Source: an uncultured Armatimonadetes bacterium (GTDB lineage: Bacteria > Armatimonadota > UBA5829 > DTJY01). Taken from it: a DNA stretch of 64,000 nt. This document shows positions 57,665-64,000 of the stretch, piece after piece. The stretch lies in assembly GCA_963717145.1 (NCBI GenBank), contig OY970325.1:3456001-3520000 (forward strand), read 5' to 3'. Below the pieces are notes generated by a model, which was given only the letters and a program-made list of their open reading frames with translations, searched no databases and was not told the origin of the DNA. Numbering within the stretch: position 1 is the first letter of the stretch; each line of letters starts with the position of its first letter. The position numbers and the translations under genes are program-made.

Positions 57665-59272
57665 GTGCCGGAATTGGGCAAGGTATGCATCGATCTAACA
57701 GAGCGGCTCGCCGACTTGGAAGCCGAGAACCGTCGTCTTTCATCTGAGGTGGATGAACTCAGAGTGGCTGCGGGCAGGCTCGCGGCCCTCGCAGCCATGG
57801 TCGTATCCTCCGAGGACGCCATCATCGGCTTGACTCTGGACGGCGTTATCCTGACCTGGGATGCCGGGGCAGAGCACCTCTACCAGTACCCTGCGAAAGA
57901 CGCGATCGGGAAGAGCATCTCTGTTTTCAGCCCACCGAACGTTCAAGACGAGATCCCTCTGCTGCTTCGGAGAGTAGCTCTTGGGGAGCGCATAGAGCAC
58001 TACAAAACCACAATGGTTAAGAAAAACGGCGACAAGGCGAACGTCCAGTTGGCAATATCACTGGCCAGGGACAAGGCCGGCAATGTCGTCGGCGCGCTGA
58101 CGATCGCACGAGACTTCTCAGAGACCAGTCGGGCAAGCATGCCACTCCGCGCATCCCAGTATGCCCCCAACCTCATCGAGGTAAGCCTGGACTGCATGGT
58201 CACCATCGGCCCGGACGGCAGAATCACCGATGTCAACAGGGCTGCGGAGGAAGTCACCGGTGTGAACAGGGAGGGGCTCATCGGAAGCGATTTCTCGGAC
58301 TACTTCACCGAGCCGGACCGCGCGCGCGAGGTCTACCAGCTTGTCTTCTCGGGAGGGACGGTTCCAGACTATGCGCTTGCGATCCGGCATCGATCAGGCA
58401 GAATAACCGACGTTCTTTACAATGCCACGGTTTATCGAGACGCGACGGGAGAGGTCAGAGGGGCATTTGCAGCAGCCCGTGACGTCACTGAATGCAAGAA
58501 GGCCCAAGAGGAGGTCCGTCCGCTCCATGAGACGCTGGCGCAACGTGCGGCCGAACTCGAGGCAACGAATAAGGAACTCGTGGCCTTCAGCTACTCAGTG
58601 TCCCATGACCTGTGCGCCCCATTGAACAGCATAGACGGGTTCAGCAGGGCGCTGGTGGAGAACTTCGGCAAGTCGCTGGGCCCGGAGGCCACAGAGTACC
58701 TGGATCGCATCCGCGGGTCATCGCAGCTCATGGCACAGCTCATCGACGACATGCTGAGGCTCTCATGCATCACCCGAACCGAGATGCGCCGCGTTCCGGT
58801 CGACCTGAGTTCGATCGCGCGGACCATAGCAGACGACCTTCACGGGTGCGAACCGGAGCGCTCCGTCGGATTCGTCATAGCTCCTGATCTGACCGCCCAA
58901 GGCGATCCGGATCTGCTCAGGATCGTTCTCCAGAACCTGATCCATAATTCATGGAAGTTCACCAGCAAGAATGCCGGTGGGAGAATCGAGATCGGGGCGC
59001 AGGACACCGACGGCGAGCGCGCGTTCTTCGTCCGGGATGACGGCGCCGGTTTCGATATGCGATATGTCGACAGGATGTTTACCGCCTTCCAGCGTCTACA
59101 CCTGGCCTCGGAGTTCCCCGGCACGGGCATCGGCCTGGCCTCCGTGCAGCGCGTGATTCGCCGGCACGGCGGAAAGGTGTGGGCGGAAGGCAAAGTCGGC
59201 GAAGGCGCCACGATATACTTCACGGTCGGAGACGGGAAGAACACCGTGGATTGCGAGGAGGATAGGGAATGA
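57665..59272 (+). CDS. PAS-PAS sensor histidine kinase
   Basis: Two PAS domains, SVSHDL, NSWKFT, DDGAGF, GTGIGL. Confidence 0.9.
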   Translation: MPELGKVCIDLTERLADLEAENRRLSSEVDELRVAAGRLAALAAMVVSSEDAIIGLTLDGVILTWDAGAEHLYQYPAKDAIGKSISVFSPPNVQDEIPLLLRRVALGERIEHYKTTMVKKNGDKANVQLAISLARDKAGNVVGALTIARDFSETSRASMPLRASQYAPNLIEVSLDCMVTIGPDGRITDVNRAAEEVTGVNREGLIGSDFSDYFTEPDRAREVYQLVFSGGTVPDYALAIRHRSGRITDVLYNATVYRDATGEVRGAFAAARDVTECKKAQEEVRPLHETLAQRAAELEATNKELVAFSYSVSHDLCAPLNSIDGFSRALVENFGKSLGPEATEYLDRIRGSSQLMAQLIDDMLRLSCITRTEMRRVPVDLSSIARTIADDLHGCEPERSVGFVIAPDLTAQGDPDLLRIVLQNLIHNSWKFTSKNAGGRIEIGAQDTDGERAFFVRDDGAGFDMRYVDRMFTAFQRLHLASEFPGTGIGLASVQRVIRRHGGKVWAEGKVGEGATIYFTVGDGKNTVDCEEDRE

Positions 59273-60510
59273 TAAGCGTCACAGCATCAGCCGATTCTAT
59301 TGCTAGAGTCTCCCCGGAGGAAGAGGATGCGATTAGCTGCCTCCGCGCGCTGATAGTCGAGGATTCGGAAGCAGATGCTCGACTGGCGGTTCTCGAACTC
59401 CGAAGAGGGCGGTATGACTCCGTCACGTGCGAGAGGGTAGACACCCTTGAGGCGTTGACCGTCATGCTGACCGAACGAGAGTGGGATGTCATCATCTCAG
59501 ACTATGTCATGCCGACTTTCAACGGCATGGATGCACTGCACCTGGTCAGGGAGCTTGGCTTCGATATTCCATTCATCATCGTTTCGGGCAGGATCGGCGA
59601 AGACATGGCCGTCGAGGCGATGAAGGCCGGGGCGAATGATTACATCATGAAGGGCAACCTCGCGCGCCTCAACCCCGCGGTAGAGCGAGAGCTTCGAGAA
59701 GCAGAGGTGAGGCGCGAGCGCGTTGAGGCCGAGGAGGCGCTCAAAGAGAGCCGGCTCGCCCTCGAGGAAGCCTATCACTGCCAGCATCACATAGCCAATG
59801 TGTTGCAGCGCGCGCTTGCACCGATCCAGCCGACTCTCAATGATGGCTACCGTGCCGCCGCGGCATACCGACCGGCGCACGAAACCGATGAGATCGGCGG
59901 CGACTTCTACGACGTGTTCCACACCGAGGATGGCAAGGTCGGCGTGCTGATAGGTGATATCTCCGGAAAAGGCATAGAAGTCGCCGCTCTCGCCTCCTCC
60001 GACCGGAGCACGATCAAGGCGTTCACGTATGACTCGTCCTCGCCCGGGCTGGCTCTGACCCGGGCAAACGCCGCGTTGTACTCCGAGCACGGCGACGACT
60101 CGTTCGCCACTGCGGTCCTCGTCGTTCTCGATCCCCCGACCGGCAAGATCGTCTATGCCAACGCCGGGCATCCATTCCCTGAAATCAGCAGGGCGGCGCA
60201 CGAAATAGAATGCCTCTTGGGCAGTAATCTGCCGATAGGGGTGCTCGAGAGAGTGGAATACTTGGAGCGCGAGTCACACCTGTCCCCCGGCGACAAGTTG
60301 GTGCTCTACACGGACGGCATCAGCGAATCCAGGCACAAGGCTGGACTCTTTGGGTCGGCGCGCATCGAGGACACGATGCGGCAGTACAGTGATAAGTCGC
60401 CGGACTGTCTCGTGGGCGAGATCCTGGCGGCTGCGGATCGTTGGTCGCACGGGCGGCACAGGGACGACGCCACCATAGTTGCCATCGAGCGCTGCGCCAT
60501 CGCAGGATGA
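59269..60510 (+). CDS. Response regulator fused to SpoIIE/PP2C phosphatase
   Basis: IVEDS, ISDYVMP, IGGDFYD, GDISGKG, YTDGI, DDAT. Confidence 0.9.
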   Translation: MISVTASADSIARVSPEEEDAISCLRALIVEDSEADARLAVLELRRGRYDSVTCERVDTLEALTVMLTEREWDVIISDYVMPTFNGMDALHLVRELGFDIPFIIVSGRIGEDMAVEAMKAGANDYIMKGNLARLNPAVERELREAEVRRERVEAEEALKESRLALEEAYHCQHHIANVLQRALAPIQPTLNDGYRAAAAYRPAHETDEIGGDFYDVFHTEDGKVGVLIGDISGKGIEVAALASSDRSTIKAFTYDSSSPGLALTRANAALYSEHGDDSFATAVLVVLDPPTGKIVYANAGHPFPEISRAAHEIECLLGSNLPIGVLERVEYLERESHLSPGDKLVLYTDGISESRHKAGLFGSARIEDTMRQYSDKSPDCLVGEILAAADRWSHGRHRDDATIVAIERCAIAG

Positions 60511-60542
60511 AGATTCTCTCCGTGTCCTCCGTGCCTCTGTGG

Positions 60543-61277
60543 TTACTTTGCCTTGCGGAACTGCAGGAACCACGCGCCTGGGTTCTCGTTCCGGTATGCG
60601 TTGTCCCAGGAGTTGTGCCCCACGCCGGGGTAGGTCGTCAGCTTGGGGTCGCCGCCCGCCGCCTTGATCCACTCGACCATCTCCTTTGATCTCTCCTGGG
60701 GAACGGTCGTGTCCGCCTCGCCGTGGAACGCCCAGACCGGCATCTTCGCGACTTTCTTCGCCATCGCCTCGTCGCCGCCGCCGCATACAGGTGCGATCGC
60801 CGCAAACATGTCCGGATGCCGTGCCGCGATCGCCCAGGTCCCATATCCGCCTTGTGAGAGGCCGGTGAGATAGACCCGCGAGAGGTCGAGCTTGTACTCC
60901 TTCTTCGTCTTCTCGAAGGCGGACATCATGACGATCTCCTCATCCACCCAGAACGACTCCTTGCTCTGTTTCTGAGGGAAGATCACGATGAACGGCCACT
61001 TCTCCACATCGAGCATGATGGCGTTCCCTAAGTGGAAAACCTGACGCCAGCCGTCCCTTCCGCACTCGCCGTACCCGTTGAGATGGATGACCGTCGGCAT
61101 CGGCGTCTTTGGATCATAGCTCGCCGGAACGTATACGACGTACTTGATCTCCCTGTCGGCGATCGTCATCGTCTTAGCGATGAAGCCTCTTGCGATGTCC
61201 TTCGATGGGGTATCCGCGAGCGCCGCGCCCACGAGCATGACGATGATGAGCAGAAGAACCAGTGGTAGGTGATACAT
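60543..61277 (-). CDS. Secreted alpha/beta hydrolase (esterase/peptidase)
   Basis: GLSQGG nucleophile motif, FHGEAD, GHNSW. Confidence 0.85.
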   Translation of the reverse strand: MYHLPLVLLLIIVMLVGAALADTPSKDIARGFIAKTMTIADREIKYVVYVPASYDPKTPMPTVIHLNGYGECGRDGWRQVFHLGNAIMLDVEKWPFIVIFPQKQSKESFWVDEEIVMMSAFEKTKKEYKLDLSRVYLTGLSQGGYGTWAIAARHPDMFAAIAPVCGGGDEAMAKKVAKMPVWAFHGEADTTVPQERSKEMVEWIKAAGGDPKLTTYPGVGHNSWDNAYRNENPGAWFLQFRKAK

Positions 61278-61346
61278 TCGCTTCCTCCGTGTGATGCTGC
61301 CGTATCATTTCCACACGGAGTATACCATCCTCCTGCGTAACGCGCC

Positions 61347-61416
61347 CCGTAGCCTAGCCCTTTATGGGCGTTCGCCGTAAGCGTCGCAAGAACGCCCATA
61401 AAGGGCTAGGCTACGG
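61347..61416. repeat. GTAG-type REP palindrome with 27-bp perfect arms
   Basis: CCGTAGCCTAGCCCTTTATGGGCGTTC and its reverse complement. Confidence 0.9.
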
Positions 61417-61496
61417 CACTTGAGGCAGGTATCGGCTCGCAAGCCGGTGTATTGGGAAGGTGATCACGACATCATCGACATTTCCAGGAGCGATAT

Positions 61497-63869
<2,373 letters not shown>

Positions 63870-63873
63870 GATC

Positions 63874-64000
63874 ATGCAAGCAGGAACCGCCTGGGTGGAC
63901 ATCACACCAACCAAGCCGCTGGACGTCGCCGGGCAGCTTCATGTGCGGGTTGGCGAGTACACACACGATCCGCTGACCGCCAATGCCGTCGCCTTCGATG
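63874..64000 (+). CDS. Partial CDS with neutral/alkaline ceramidase-like N-terminus
   Basis: MQAGTAWVDITP...HDPLTANAVAF; runs off the window. Confidence 0.55.
   Translation, partial: MQAGTAWVDITPTKPLDVAGQLHVRVGEYTHDPLTANAVAFD

Overview
High-GC bacterial chromosomal segment. Gene content and repeat style suggest Armatimonadota; this is an inference, not a classification. Core genes: lexA, an iscS/nifS-type cysteine desulfurase, recO, deoC, the trpE-G-(X)-D-C-F-B-A operon, aroF, yebC, add, nagZ and dppA. It also carries many glycoside hydrolases and secreted proteins, regulatory pairs (XRE/ImmA, BlaI/BlaR1, ECF sigma/anti-sigma, HK/RR-PP2C) and a small restriction-modification-like island. Several genes have small frameshifts that look like long-read/MAG indel errors. 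The most striking signal is a dense set of REP/REPIN-like palindromes and 6-9-nt tandem repeats. These fill most intergenic gaps, often overlap TAG stop codons, and are also inserted in frame inside intact genes (GHMP kinase, D-cysteine desulfhydrase, two glycoside hydrolase-like proteins, trpC), resembling Rickettsia palindromic elements. Two in-frame stop codons need checking: a TGA followed by a SECIS-like hairpin (39213) and a TAG between a nuclease-like ORF and a DNA methyltransferase (32468). I recognised no rRNA, tRNA, CRISPR array, integrase or transposase.
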